Virus record (IMG/VR): IMGVR_UViG_3300033121_001334
Coordinates: 10,564-74,563 of that record
Strand: one strand, 5' to 3'
From: a virus
Lineage: Duplodnaviria; Caudoviricetes
DNA: 64,000 bases
A program made the position numbers and the translations under genes. Positions 34,473 to 45,072 of this stretch are shown here, one piece after another. The stretch's first letter is position 1. Each line of letters starts with the position of its first letter. The notes beneath the pieces are model-generated. The model was not told the origin of the DNA. It saw only the letters and a program-made list of their open reading frames with translations, and did not search any database.

Positions 34473-36683
34473 GTTTTTGGGCTTTGCTCGGAAAGTTTAG
34501 TTACAGTCTTACCGTCCTTGCCGTATTTCGTCTCAAAACTCTTCGTTGAGCAAAGGTTCGGGTCGCCGTCGTAAGCCCAAACAGAGCCTTTGTTTTCGCC
34601 AGCGGTTTCAGGTTGAAGATTTGCGCCTTGAAGAAGAAGTTGTTCAGTCATTTCATTGACTTCCTGAACCGCTCCTGTCATTCTACCGTCAGCATATCTT
34701 CTAGCCCAGAAGTGGAGCTTAGTCGCAATAGCAAGAGGATCATGCTTTGGTGGGCTCTTTGGCATGTTTCTTCTGTTCCGCGAAATAATCCATGATAAAC
34801 TCTTCGGACAAGGCTTTTCCAATTTTAGTTATGATTTCAAAGCCTTGAGAGCTATCGTCGTTATCCAGGAAACGGTCAAAGGTTTCTTGAACTTTTTTGG
34901 CGGACTCTTCTTGAGCCTTAGCAAGAATTTCCGGCGCTATCTTTGGTGACGCAGTTTCGGTTGACTGGTAACAACTTATGCGCATGCAGATTTGCATGTT
35001 TGCAAAACACAACTGCATTAGTTCAAGAATTTGTCTAGCCTGAGCCGCTGATCTCTTGTATTCAGCCGAATTCGTATCAAGACTCATTTTTTTTATCTTT
35101 CTTGATTTGCCGCTCTAGCTCTTCTTTGCTCATCTCTATAAACTGAGATTTGTCGCCTTTTTCCTGAATGAGCTTGATAGACTCTGCGGAGATTGAGCCA
35201 GGAGATTCGTTAACTTCTTCTCCTCTGTCAATGCGTAAAGCTTCGGCATAGGAAATGATAAACCAATCAGATCCGTTAGCCTTTACTGCTTGCCTCTTAA
35301 GTTCAGGAAATGCTTCTTCTTCAGAAGACGCTTCGATCGTACCCCATGTAATGTGACAAACAGGAATACCGCCAGCGAAAAACTGAATATCTCCTTCAGC
35401 GAGATGGTTTTCCCAGTCATCGCTAGAGGCGAGCATCTTGTAGACGCTCCTATTCGTTCCTCCAGTCATGCCTTTGCGAATCATAACAAGATAAAGCTGT
35501 TCATCCATTTGGTTTCTTTCTAAGAAAAAGGAAATAAGGCTCAAAACCCTCGTCATAGCCCGGCTTATCGTATTTTACTTCCCAACCAGCTTCTTTGTAT
35601 AGTTCTTCAACGTCAAGAAGCCTCTCGTCAAAGATTCTGTTTCGAGAAAATCCTATCGCGACAAGTTGGTTTACAATCTCTCGTTGCAAAATTCTTGCAG
35701 CGCCATTCTTGTATTTTTCCGAGATTAACGAGTTGAAGACTTCAATAACTTTATCGGGAATTGAAGCTGAAGGCTTTATTTGCTCTGGTGTTATCGGTTT
35801 AGTTTTCTTTTGATTCTGTGGTTCTGACCAAGGATTGAGAGGAGGATAACCAGCGACTCTAGGCTTGAATTGATTATCCATTTCAACAGCAAAAACACAA
35901 TCTTTGAATAGTTTCCTGATTCCAGAAGAAGTAACAAGCCATTTATTGTTATCAAGTATTTCTTCAGTCCATTCCCATTTTTTACTATTGATTTTGTTTA
36001 TCTTATATCTGCGAGTAGGTCCAACTTGCAGTATATACTCGCCTTGTTTATTTTCATAGTGATGGGGAATCATATTTGAACCTGCGTTTCCTTAGCGAGA
36101 TGAATGAGATCTTTGATTAGAAGCTCTCTATCAGATCTTTTCTCTTCAAGAGATTGCGCCATCGAACAGAGAACGCCAAGTCTATGCTCGACGGCTTCGT
36201 TTCTCGTTATGAAAAAGTGAATCGACGCAAAACCAGGATACAAGATCGCTGTTCGTCCCTGAATCTCGGTAACTCCAGTTACTTCGATCTCTTTGAGGGT
36301 GCCAAAGTGCCAAACCCAAACCTTGTCGCCTTTAGAAACCATTATGCATCTCAAATAATTATGTTATCTTCGAATTCGCCTAGAAGTCTAAGAAGAAGTT
36401 CTTTATCATGCTTTTCATATGCGTTATAATGGCGCAGTTCGGCAAGATGAGCAAATTTCATTTATTCAACTTCCTGAAAAGAAGACTTCTCAAAAATTAT
36501 TGCATCGTTTATTTTTTCATTTACATCAACGTAATAGTCGCCTTGATAAACAATGACTCCAACATTGTCTCGAACTTCAACTTCTTTTATTATGTCGTAT
36601 CTAGCGATTGCAGGAAGAGGCGAAAAACCATCTTGTCGCTTGCCTGGCGGGAGAGTTCTTTTAGCGCAAAGTATGGCCTTCAT
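34469..36683 (-). other. Run of hypothetical CDS (34469-34822, 34740-35087, 35077-35556, 35501-36073, 36070-36354, 36462-36683)
   Basis: Tandem ORFs; no family recognised with confidence. Confidence 0.65.
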
Positions 36684-36686
36684 TTA

Positions 36687-37958
36687 TTACCCTTTCAAGA
36701 CAGCAACAGGCAGAAGTTCGATTTGGATATCAACCAAGTCCTTTTGGTTGTTCATAACAACGTCAATGCTTTTATATGCGCTTCCAAGTTCGTCATGAGC
36801 TTCTTGAACTCCATAAAGCTCAACAGAACCAAGCTGCGAAGCCTGCGAAGGGTCAAGCCCGTCAGCAATACGCTTCTTAGCGGTTGTTCTACTGAAGTTT
36901 CGACCCGCACCATGCGAACAAGAGTTGAAGCTGTCTGGGTTTTCCTTACCCTTTACAATGTAGCTCTTGCTGCACATCGAACCAGGAATAATTCCAACAG
37001 TCGTCTTGCGAGCGAGCGTTGCTCCTTTGCGATGAACCCATACATTCTCACCATGATGATGTTCAATCGTTGCGTAGTTATGGTGAATGTTGATAATGTC
37101 CTTGAGAGCAGCCGTCTGGTGATATTGCTCTCTAACAGCTTCCTGACAACATATCATCATGAGTTTTCTGTTTACAAGAGCGTAATCTTGCGCAGCCAAA
37201 AGGCTTGCAATGTACCATTGTCCTTCGTCAGAATCAGCGGGCAAGAATGCTAGTTCTTCATTAGGAAGGCGAGTGTAGTATCTCTTGCAGGTCTTGACGG
37301 CAAGGTGATGGAACTTCTTGGCAAGCTGAGCGCCAAAGCCTCTGGAACCGCTATGAAGCATGAACCAGGCGTTGCCTTCTGCGTCTTGCTGAAGCTCAAT
37401 GAAGTGGTTTCCGCCACCAAGAGTTCCTATTTGTATTTTTGCTCTGCACCATGCAGGATAATCAAGAGTCTTACAGAATTCTTTTGCTTCCTCAACCTTT
37501 TTCTCGACATCAGCAATATGGTCAATAATACGCTTATGACCAAGCCAGAGATCGCTTCTAGAGCGGTTTTTACCTTCGCCAACAGGGACATCAGCGGCAA
37601 TGGCTGTCATGAGCTTCTTGATATCAAGGTCTGCGACTTTGATACCTGAATTCCATGCACACATTCCGCACCCGATATCCACCCCGACCGCATTTGGTGA
37701 AACGGCATTATGAAGCGGCAGGACGCAGCCGACTGGGACTCCAAAACCTGTATGAGCGTCGGGCATGAGCGCAACATGGCGATAGACGCAAGGAAGGCGA
37801 GCAGCTTCGCTGACTTGACGAATTGCGCCTTCTTCTAGGTTGAGGATGGGCTTGCCGGTTTCTGAATCGACATCCTTCGTCCAGCACTTGACAGGAACGC
37901 CGCCAGTTTGCTCGGGCGGGATTACGACGGGTCCGAGTTTTTCTTCAATGGTTGACAT
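36687..37958 (-). CDS. rtcB: RtcB RNA 3'-phosphate/5'-OH ligase
   Basis: MPDAHTG, VGVDIGCG, GTLGGGNHFIE, HSGSRG, NIHHNYA, HRKGAT, SCSHGAGR, AYKSI; start at 37958, 7 nt after TATAAT. Confidence 0.96.
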   Translation of the reverse strand: MSTIEEKLGPVVIPPEQTGGVPVKCWTKDVDSETGKPILNLEEGAIRQVSEAARLPCVYRHVALMPDAHTGFGVPVGCVLPLHNAVSPNAVGVDIGCGMCAWNSGIKVADLDIKKLMTAIAADVPVGEGKNRSRSDLWLGHKRIIDHIADVEKKVEEAKEFCKTLDYPAWCRAKIQIGTLGGGNHFIELQQDAEGNAWFMLHSGSRGFGAQLAKKFHHLAVKTCKRYYTRLPNEELAFLPADSDEGQWYIASLLAAQDYALVNRKLMMICCQEAVREQYHQTAALKDIINIHHNYATIEHHHGENVWVHRKGATLARKTTVGIIPGSMCSKSYIVKGKENPDSFNSCSHGAGRNFSRTTAKKRIADGLDPSQASQLGSVELYGVQEAHDELGSAYKSIDVVMNNQKDLVDIQIELLPVAVLKG

Positions 37959-38025
37959 GATGTGATTATAGGATAAAAAATGGCACAAAATCAAACGTGT
38001 CTAAAGTGTTTTCATTCAAAACTTG

Positions 38026-38775
38026 CTATTTGTTCCAGAACCAATTAGGAAGAGATTCTAAAAAGTAAATTCGTTCTTGAGTTAAAGGCCGAAGTCTTGT
38101 TCCTTTGCCTTTATAATTTCTTTTTTGATTAGCAATCCACTTGCCTAATCTTTTTTCTTCTAAATCTTTGGACTTTTGAGATGGATACTTTTTATTCTTT
38201 TCTTGAAATTCTTTAACAGAATTAGCATTTTCCTGCCAAATATTATCAAGATCTACTTCCCATTTCCAACCAGGAATGGATTCGAGAAAAGAAATTTGTT
38301 CTTGAGTTAAAGGCCTTGCTCCCTTCCCTTTGTAGTTCTTTTTTTGACAAGAACACCAGCTTCCTAATCTTTTTTCTTCTTTATTTTTAGAATGATCAGA
38401 TGGATGCTTTTTATTATTTTCTTGAAATTCTTTAACAGAGTTAGCATTCTTTTGCCAAAGATCATCATCATCCCAGTACCAACCAGGAATAGATTCAAGA
38501 AAAGAAATCTGCTCCTTAGTTAAGGGTCTTAACTCTTTTGCTTTACCTTTGTAATTCTTTTTTTGATTAGCAACCCAGTAACTTAATCTCTTTTCTTCTT
38601 TGTTTTTAGAATTATGAGTTGGAAATCTATTATTGATTTCTTGAAATTCTTTAACAGAATTAGCATTCTGTTGCCAAATATTATCAAGATCTAAAGACTG
38701 CTGCCACGGGACAGTATCAATAGCGTTGAGTCGTTTAACGGCTTTAAGTTTAGTTCTTTTATTCCAGCCTAGCAT
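38026..38775 (-). CDS. Helicase-associated (HA) domain triple-repeat protein
   Basis: Three near-identical units W..NANSVKEFQE.N...P....EEKRL..W...QK.NYKGK...PLT.E.I.FLES.P.W. Confidence 0.8.
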   Translation of the reverse strand: MLGWNKRTKLKAVKRLNAIDTVPWQQSLDLDNIWQQNANSVKEFQEINNRFPTHNSKNKEEKRLSYWVANQKKNYKGKAKELRPLTKEQISFLESIPGWYWDDDDLWQKNANSVKEFQENNKKHPSDHSKNKEEKRLGSWCSCQKKNYKGKGARPLTQEQISFLESIPGWKWEVDLDNIWQENANSVKEFQEKNKKYPSQKSKDLEEKRLGKWIANQKRNYKGKGTRLRPLTQERIYFLESLPNWFWNK

Positions 38776-39458
38776 TACTTATCCTTATTCGGAATAAAAA
38801 CAAGCGTCCCCATGACAGTCTTCGGATTCGCCGCATCGCTATTAGTCTTCTTGTTCGGCTGAGTGCCATTATAGGTATAGGCAGAGTTTCCAGCAACTTT
38901 CCACTTTTTCTTGCTCCAAACCAAACGAAACATCGCATTTTTGCAAAGATTGTCAATCAACTCTTTGACGCTAGAAAAGCGATTATGAGCCTTAATCACA
39001 ACATTCAATACAAACATTGTATCTGTGTGATTGTTTTCATAAAGAAAGTTCAAAATTCTTCCAGCATGTATGGCTCCCTTGTCTGTCATGTTAATCAGGT
39101 CAGCATTAACTATTGCTGGATTGAAATTTCCATTATGCTGAGCAATCTTCATGGCTGTCAAAAAATCCAAACCATACCAATTTGATTCTTTGTATAGCTG
39201 GTTCTTTTTGTGAATTTTTTGTTCAGAATCTACTCCGTGAAATTGATTGGGAGTTATCAAGCCAGCCTTGATAACTTGATCAAGCTCGGAATCTTCTAAG
39301 ATGCCGCTTTCGTCAGCGCAAAGAGCGCACATGCTCCAGTATTGTTTGTCTTCTGGAAGAGAAGGACCAATAAATTGCTTATACACATCAATGATAGTCG
39401 CTTCTCTAGCAGCATGCTTACGAGGGCAACCTGTGTACGTTTTAGGAGTAATGGTCAT
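38775..39458 (-). CDS. Hypothetical protein
   Basis: 227-aa ORF coupled to its neighbours. Confidence 0.75.
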   Translation of the reverse strand: MTITPKTYTGCPRKHAAREATIIDVYKQFIGPSLPEDKQYWSMCALCADESGILEDSELDQVIKAGLITPNQFHGVDSEQKIHKKNQLYKESNWYGLDFLTAMKIAQHNGNFNPAIVNADLINMTDKGAIHAGRILNFLYENNHTDTMFVLNVVIKAHNRFSSVKELIDNLCKNAMFRLVWSKKKWKVAGNSAYTYNGTQPNKKTNSDAANPKTVMGTLVFIPNKDK

Positions 39459-39522
39459 AGTTTAAACCAGTCTGGTCTCAAAGATCTAATAATCTTGTCA
39501 AACTCAGTATCATATCCAGTTT

Positions 39523-41751
39523 TTATTCGCCATACAATCTTCTCTTTTCTTCAAGAAGAGATTGATTACGCTTCCAGCTATAAGCTTCTTCGTATAATGA
39601 AACCTCTTCTGGATCCGAAGATTTCTTTTGAGGATTTCGATTGTTTTTGGCAACAAATGCGTCAAGTCGATCAATGAAGTTGTTGAATCTTTCCAGAGAA
39701 TGACTTGTTGAAATTCTGGTTACAGCATTTCGGAAAGACTTGAAAGAATCAATACCAATGGCTTCCGCAGCAAAGGATACAAGCAAACCCTCTGGAGAGA
39801 TTTCTTCCGGGCTAACAAGGCCAAATTCTTCAGCCATCATGCGAACCAAAGGAGAGTCAAAATCAAGTGAAAGCCGAACGCTATTGGCTTTCATTGCAGA
39901 AGCTCTACGGGCCGTGTAGGTGGCAACCGATTCAGCATACAGGTGAACGAGTTCTTCATCTACATCAAGGTCAAGAAGGATATCCGAAACGATATCAATT
40001 CTTTCCTTCAGGCTAATTTCTCGACCTTCCATTGCAATTCTTGCAGTTACAACAGCAAGGAATTCGCTTCTCTTGTCCATTGTTTCAAACAACTCGCTCA
40101 TAAGGTCGCCGCCAGAAATTTCTTCTTTTTCTTCAGGATTGTTTCTCTTTGGAGCCGTAACCATTATGGGCTGCATAATATCAATGCACATCATGAGCGC
40201 CAAGTTCAAACTCAAAAGCGCTTGATTAAGGTCTTCCGACATTGATTCCGAATCGACCTTTGTTGAAGTCGGAAGTAGCCATGTCATTACAGCATAGCTT
40301 TTTCCAGCAACATCTCTGATCATTCGACCATTGATCTGAACAATCATGGCGAGAGACTTAACGTTGCCAATCAAAATAATCTGGTCGCAAGCAATCCAAT
40401 CAAACCCCTCTTTGCACATACCCAGAGCGATGATAACATCAACAGAGTCTTTGCCGTCATTAACTCCTCTCAGGAATTTCTTAACACTTTTGCGAATGTG
40501 ATCTTCGTCGTCAACGGCGTCAACAACGGTTATCCACTTGTTCTTGCCAACACGAAGTTGGAAAACTCCTTCAACAGTTTCACCGTCGCTGTTTGTGTAG
40601 GTTTTTTTCTCGATACCTTTTTTCCAGCCGACCCCCTCAAGTATTCCATGCAAAACGTTTTCAACGTCGTCCTTCTTGCGGCTAACAGGAAAAGCTGAGT
40701 CTTCGCCCTTTGTTCTTGCTGGAATAAAGAAGATTGGTTTGTTTAGGCCATGTTTGCGAATTGTGCTTGCAATTGGCTTGACAAAGCTTTCTTTGGTAGA
40801 AAAAACTCCAAAGTCGTAAATCAACTTGTTGAGATACTTGAAGTATTTGAAGTATTCATCGAACGGTAGTTCATAAAAAGCTCCGTCAAGAAGCTTTGCA
40901 AACTTACCAGCAAAAATGCGCCGTCTGTCGCCGCGGAAGAAGGTTGCAGTGAGGCCGCAGATATGAGTATTAAGTTGTCTGTTTTCCAGAATATAAAAGA
41001 TCATCTCTCCGAGCGTGTTGCAGGTTTCTTCTGAGTTGTCAACAAAGAGATGATGAAACTCATCAATGACTATGAGGAGATTTGAAAGAAGATGGAGCTT
41101 CTTTGCTTTCTTGAGTTCTTTGTAGACCCGAGCTAGCGTCGAATGAGTAACTATGGCGATTCTTGAGTGGGGCTCAACACCAGCCGGATCTGTAAGGAAC
41201 TTTATTGTTTCTTTAACTTTGCCTTCTTCTGAAGCGCAAGCCTTGCCTGCCGACTGGCAAAGATCAAGACAGGGACTCCATGTAACGCAATCCTTTTTGG
41301 GGAAAAGAGATTTCCAATTATGTCTTTCTTGATCAGTCAAAGCTTTAAAGCAAGCCCAGTTTTCTTCTCCAATCAAAAAGCTAGAGATTTCGCCATCTTT
41401 GGTGTGACGCCAAGCTTCGCCAATAACTTCCTGAGGTGGAGCAATAATTGCTCTAACTTTAGGATTATCAGTCAAAATTTGAGAAACAGCAATTGAGGTA
41501 GTCTTGCTTTTACCTGCTCCAGTTGAAAGAATCAAACCAGAAATAGGATGATTATTAGCATATCTGTCGCAAATATGCTTTACTGCTGGTTCCTGATACT
41601 CTCTAGGAATGTAGACCTTTTCCTCGAAATCAGGAAAATAAACACTTTCAATTTTGTGATTCGGGTCACGAGAACATACAAACAGAGGCTTTGTTTCTGT
41701 TTGATGGATTCTCTTTTTAGTCAAAGAGTGTTTCGCTAGATCTACCACCAT
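39523..41751 (-). CDS. Superfamily 2 (DExH) helicase-like protein
   Basis: LSTGAGKS (Walker A), IDEFHH, GLTAT, ALGMCKEGFDW, QINGRMIR. Confidence 0.88.
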   Translation of the reverse strand: MVVDLAKHSLTKKRIHQTETKPLFVCSRDPNHKIESVYFPDFEEKVYIPREYQEPAVKHICDRYANNHPISGLILSTGAGKSKTTSIAVSQILTDNPKVRAIIAPPQEVIGEAWRHTKDGEISSFLIGEENWACFKALTDQERHNWKSLFPKKDCVTWSPCLDLCQSAGKACASEEGKVKETIKFLTDPAGVEPHSRIAIVTHSTLARVYKELKKAKKLHLLSNLLIVIDEFHHLFVDNSEETCNTLGEMIFYILENRQLNTHICGLTATFFRGDRRRIFAGKFAKLLDGAFYELPFDEYFKYFKYLNKLIYDFGVFSTKESFVKPIASTIRKHGLNKPIFFIPARTKGEDSAFPVSRKKDDVENVLHGILEGVGWKKGIEKKTYTNSDGETVEGVFQLRVGKNKWITVVDAVDDEDHIRKSVKKFLRGVNDGKDSVDVIIALGMCKEGFDWIACDQIILIGNVKSLAMIVQINGRMIRDVAGKSYAVMTWLLPTSTKVDSESMSEDLNQALLSLNLALMMCIDIMQPIMVTAPKRNNPEEKEEISGGDLMSELFETMDKRSEFLAVVTARIAMEGREISLKERIDIVSDILLDLDVDEELVHLYAESVATYTARRASAMKANSVRLSLDFDSPLVRMMAEEFGLVSPEEISPEGLLVSFAAEAIGIDSFKSFRNAVTRISTSHSLERFNNFIDRLDAFVAKNNRNPQKKSSDPEEVSLYEEAYSWKRNQSLLEEKRRLYGE

Positions 41752-41874
41752 CTATAAACCTTTCTTTCTTGTTTTCCAGGCTTTCTTCGCAGCGTTGCTA
41801 CGGACAGAAGCCTTCTTGTTTCTGGTAATCCATGCTTTACGAGCCGCAAGACTTGACTTTTGAGAAATAGCCAT
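41752..41874 (-). CDS. 40-aa basic peptide with two KAWxTR repeats; absent from the ORF track
   Basis: MAISQKSSLAARKAWITRNKKASVRSNAAKKAWKTRKKGL; AAGGA RBS; motif at 41894; the stop abuts the helicase ATG. Confidence 0.65.
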   Translation of the reverse strand: MAISQKSSLAARKAWITRNKKASVRSNAAKKAWKTRKKGL

Positions 41875-42040
41875 ATCTCTATCCTTTAGTTGCAAAGTTT
41901 AGTCCTCTGCTTGAGGGTAAAGAATCACATGTCGTTCATACTGGTATCTCTTGTGAAAGATAGAGATTTTGAACAGTCAAAGTATATTCGAGCAAGTTCT
42001 CACTTGCAAATTTTGATGACTATTTCTGTAAGAAAAACTT

Positions 42041-42100
42041 CCTGCAACTCCTTGCAACTCCTTGCGGCTCTTTGCGACTCCTTGCGGCTCTTTGCGACTC
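42041..42100. repeat. Six tandem 10-bp repeats, consensus YTTGCRRCTC
   Basis: cctgcaactc cttgcaactc cttgcggctc tttgcgactc cttgcggctc tttgcgactc. Confidence 0.85.
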
Positions 42101-42101
42101 C

Positions 42102-42881
42102 TTACGAAGGGTTGAAAATATTCACAGAATTTGAGAGCCTACCTTTTGCTTGCTCAAAGTATTCCTGATTCTTCTCTACGCACAAATAGTCAAGCCCAAG
42201 ACCTTCGCAAGCAACCGCTGTCGTTCCTGACCCACACATTGGATCAAGAACGAATCCTCCTTTAGGACAACCAATTTCTAAACATCGCTGAACCAGCCAA
42301 ATTGGTTTCTGGTGAGGATGCCCAACCCTTTCGGAAGTTGGAGTTATAGAACTCGTCCAAACGTTCCGTAGCTGCTTACCTTGCGCAAAAGTCTTACTAG
42401 CCTCGTAGTTGAAGTAGTAATCTTTTGATTTTACAGCCCATATCAGATGTTCTGTAGATTCAATCAGACCTGATTGAGTAATGTTGAACATCGCATTGTC
42501 TTTGTACCAGACAATAGAGTTGACAATCTTCATACCTAGTTGGCGTTGAAGGATCTCTCCGCAAAGATAGAGATTATGAAATGAAGCGCAAAGGAAAAGA
42601 TTGCCAGTATCCTTCATGGCTTCCTTGATAAGAGTTAGCCATTTCAAATAAGACTGATATTGCTCTTCAATGGACTCAAACTGGTCCCAATCCTCGTCGG
42701 ACTTTTTCCAGTTCTTGTCTTTGTGGGAAAGCTTTTTGTTGCCGATTCCGTAAGGCGGGTCAAAGAAAACAAAGTCAACTTGGTTTTTGAACCGAGATAG
42801 CTCCGTCTCTGCGTCTGAGTTCAGCAACTTTCCCATTAGAGCGTAAATCGACCTTCCAGCTTTGATTCTGGGCTCTTTCAC
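42102..42881 (-). CDS. DNA N4-C/N6-A methyltransferase, beta class
   Basis: DPPY precedes HPHQKP and LDPMCGSGTT. Confidence 0.92.
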   Translation of the reverse strand: MKEPRIKAGRSIYALMGKLLNSDAETELSRFKNQVDFVFFDPPYGIGNKKLSHKDKNWKKSDEDWDQFESIEEQYQSYLKWLTLIKEAMKDTGNLFLCASFHNLYLCGEILQRQLGMKIVNSIVWYKDNAMFNITQSGLIESTEHLIWAVKSKDYYFNYEASKTFAQGKQLRNVWTSSITPTSERVGHPHQKPIWLVQRCLEIGCPKGGFVLDPMCGSGTTAVACEGLGLDYLCVEKNQEYFEQAKGRLSNSVNIFNPS

Positions 42882-42923
42882 GCTATGGTCTAAAACTAAA
42901 CTTCTGTCGCAAAATCAACAGCT

Positions 42924-43733
42924 ATGGCGAGTAAGAGCAAACACGTTGTCCTGTCGATTGACTTCGATTTCTTTATTAAAGAAGATATTTCATACGATTG
43001 GGGTCATCGAGAGAATGGGCTGTTCATTGGCCCAATCTGGCCAATTCGAGCTATGCAGCTTTTGTCGCAAGGCATCGACCCTCTCAAGGATGTTGGACTG
43101 GTCGAAGATCCCAGCGAGCTTCCTGTAAGTCTTAAAAAACTTGGTTGGAAGTTTTGTAAACAATCAAGGCTTTCAATTGCCGAATCTCATGCTTCGGCCT
43201 ACCACGCCTTGAAATACCATACAAACCTGGAAATCATCAACATCGACGCTCATCATGATATTTGCTACGGTCAAGACGAGAAGCTTGACTGCGGCAACTG
43301 GATTTATATGCTTGCCAAAGAAGGGCGGGTCAAGAAGGTAACAATCGTCTATCCTCTTTGGCGCAAGAGCGAACATGACGCCGAGATGGATAGCGACTAT
43401 CTGAGCAACGAATCGGTCAAGAAACTTACCAGTCTTGGCGTTGAGGTTGATGTTGTTTACGGCATTGACAAGACTCATCCAAGAAAAGTTCGGGAAGTTT
43501 TTATTGCTCGTTCTGGTGCTTGGGTTCCGCCTTGGACCGACGACGAATTCCTCCAGTTTATCAGCGTTTGGTCTTTAAGAACCAGAATTCAAACAATTTG
43601 GAACTATCAATCTCTTGACCAGTTCAAGAGGGAGTTTGATCTTGAAGAAGTCAAGAAGGGCGCTGAACTCATGAAGGTTCAAATGGGGGAAATGAGCAGC
43701 AAGAGACTTGTGAATAAGATTATCAAAACCTGA
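42924..43733 (+). CDS. UPF0489/arginase-fold-like protein
   Basis: LSIDFDFF, ESHASAY, INIDAHHD, DCGNW, IARSGAWVPP. Confidence 0.65.
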   Translation: MASKSKHVVLSIDFDFFIKEDISYDWGHRENGLFIGPIWPIRAMQLLSQGIDPLKDVGLVEDPSELPVSLKKLGWKFCKQSRLSIAESHASAYHALKYHTNLEIINIDAHHDICYGQDEKLDCGNWIYMLAKEGRVKKVTIVYPLWRKSEHDAEMDSDYLSNESVKKLTSLGVEVDVVYGIDKTHPRKVREVFIARSGAWVPPWTDDEFLQFISVWSLRTRIQTIWNYQSLDQFKREFDLEEVKKGAELMKVQMGEMSSKRLVNKIIKT

Positions 43734-43762
43734 TCTTTGCCGAAATAGACGATTATTCGTCT

Positions 43763-44602
43763 ATGAGCGGCAAGAAGTTTGATGTTATTCTGATGAACCC
43801 GCCTTACCAGAAGCCAAGTAAGGACGGCATAGGTCGTAATAAGCTATTGTGGCCTCTCTTTGTTGATAAAGCTTTAGAGCTTTGCAAAGAGGGCGGTTAT
43901 ATAGCTAATATTCATCCTTCCATCTGGCGCAAACCAGATTACAAGCTCTTTCAGAAGCTTGTAAAATATAACATCCTACGGCTTTGTATGAACTCCAAAA
44001 AGACTGGTAATAAGGTCTTTGGAGTCAATACCAGATTTGACTGGTATATTCTACAGAAATCGCCCTATGCTGGACCAACATTGATCGTAGACGAGGCGGG
44101 CGGAAAGTTTAGTTCTGATATTCGGAAGTTTCCTTTCCTACCAAGCGCCAATATCGAGCAGGTTATGAAGATCATGACCACTCAAACTGGAGAACGGGTT
44201 GAAGTTCTTTATTGCACAAGATATCATAGGAAATACAAAAAACTTGTTAAGGAAGAAAAGACAAGCGAGTTCTGCTACCCGCTTGTTCACTCAATTGTCA
44301 AGGGCGGACCAGTTCTTTATTACACAAATACTACAGAGCGAGGTATCTTCGGAGTTAAGAACAAGGTCATTATCAATATGGGCGAGAAGCTTTATACTCT
44401 TCTGGACCTGAATGGTGATTATGGTATGACCGAGTGCTGTTTTGCTATTGCTTGCTCGTCCGCTGAAGAGGCAATAAAAATCAACGAAGCACTGAACTCT
44501 GAAGCGTTTGCTGAAGTCGTAAAAAGCACCAAGTGGAGCAACTATAAGATTGAGTACAAGATGTTTGAATATCTACGCAAAGACTTCTGGAGGCTCTTAT
44601 GA
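43763..44602 (+). CDS. Eco57I/TaqI-like N6-adenine methyltransferase, catalytic (NPPY) and specificity half
   Basis: Begins KKFDVILMNPPY; no FxGxG motif. Confidence 0.8.
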   Translation: MSGKKFDVILMNPPYQKPSKDGIGRNKLLWPLFVDKALELCKEGGYIANIHPSIWRKPDYKLFQKLVKYNILRLCMNSKKTGNKVFGVNTRFDWYILQKSPYAGPTLIVDEAGGKFSSDIRKFPFLPSANIEQVMKIMTTQTGERVEVLYCTRYHRKYKKLVKEEKTSEFCYPLVHSIVKGGPVLYYTNTTERGIFGVKNKVIINMGEKLYTLLDLNGDYGMTECCFAIACSSAEEAIKINEALNSEAFAEVVKSTKWSNYKIEYKMFEYLRKDFWRLL

Positions 44603-45072
44603 GCAGAGAAGAGAGATATAGAACTACTGGCGAAGTCTTTACTCCGCCTTCTCTTGTTAGAAAGCTTGTTTCTTCTTTGCCTACAGAAGTGTGGAAGGAA
44701 AATAAAACCTTCCTAGATCCTGCTTGCGGAAATGGAAACCTGCTCATTGCAGTTCTTTGGCGCAAAATAGAAAGAGGGCATAGTCCTTTAGAAGCTTTGA
44801 AGACAATCTACGGAGTAGATATTATGCCTGATAATATAAAAGAATGCAGGTTGAGGATTCTTGGGCTAATCTCTTTATTTCAAGCAGTTACTAAAGAACA
44901 TATAAAGGCTGTACTAACTAATATTGTGTGGGCTAATAAAGGTTCTTTGGAGTATGATTTTTCTTTTGCGCCGGTAAATGAAATTGGCGAATGGGTTGAT
45001 TGGCAAAAAGAAAAAGAGCTTCCTATTACAGAAGCTCTTTGCGAGAAAAAGACAAGCAGCATTTTTGATTAA
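44599..45072 (+). CDS. N6-adenine methyltransferase, SAM-binding half
   Basis: TGEVFTP, FLDPACGNGNLL, IYGVDIMPDN; no NPPY. Confidence 0.8.
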   Translation: MSREERYRTTGEVFTPPSLVRKLVSSLPTEVWKENKTFLDPACGNGNLLIAVLWRKIERGHSPLEALKTIYGVDIMPDNIKECRLRILGLISLFQAVTKEHIKAVLTNIVWANKGSLEYDFSFAPVNEIGEWVDWQKEKELPITEALCEKKTSSIFD

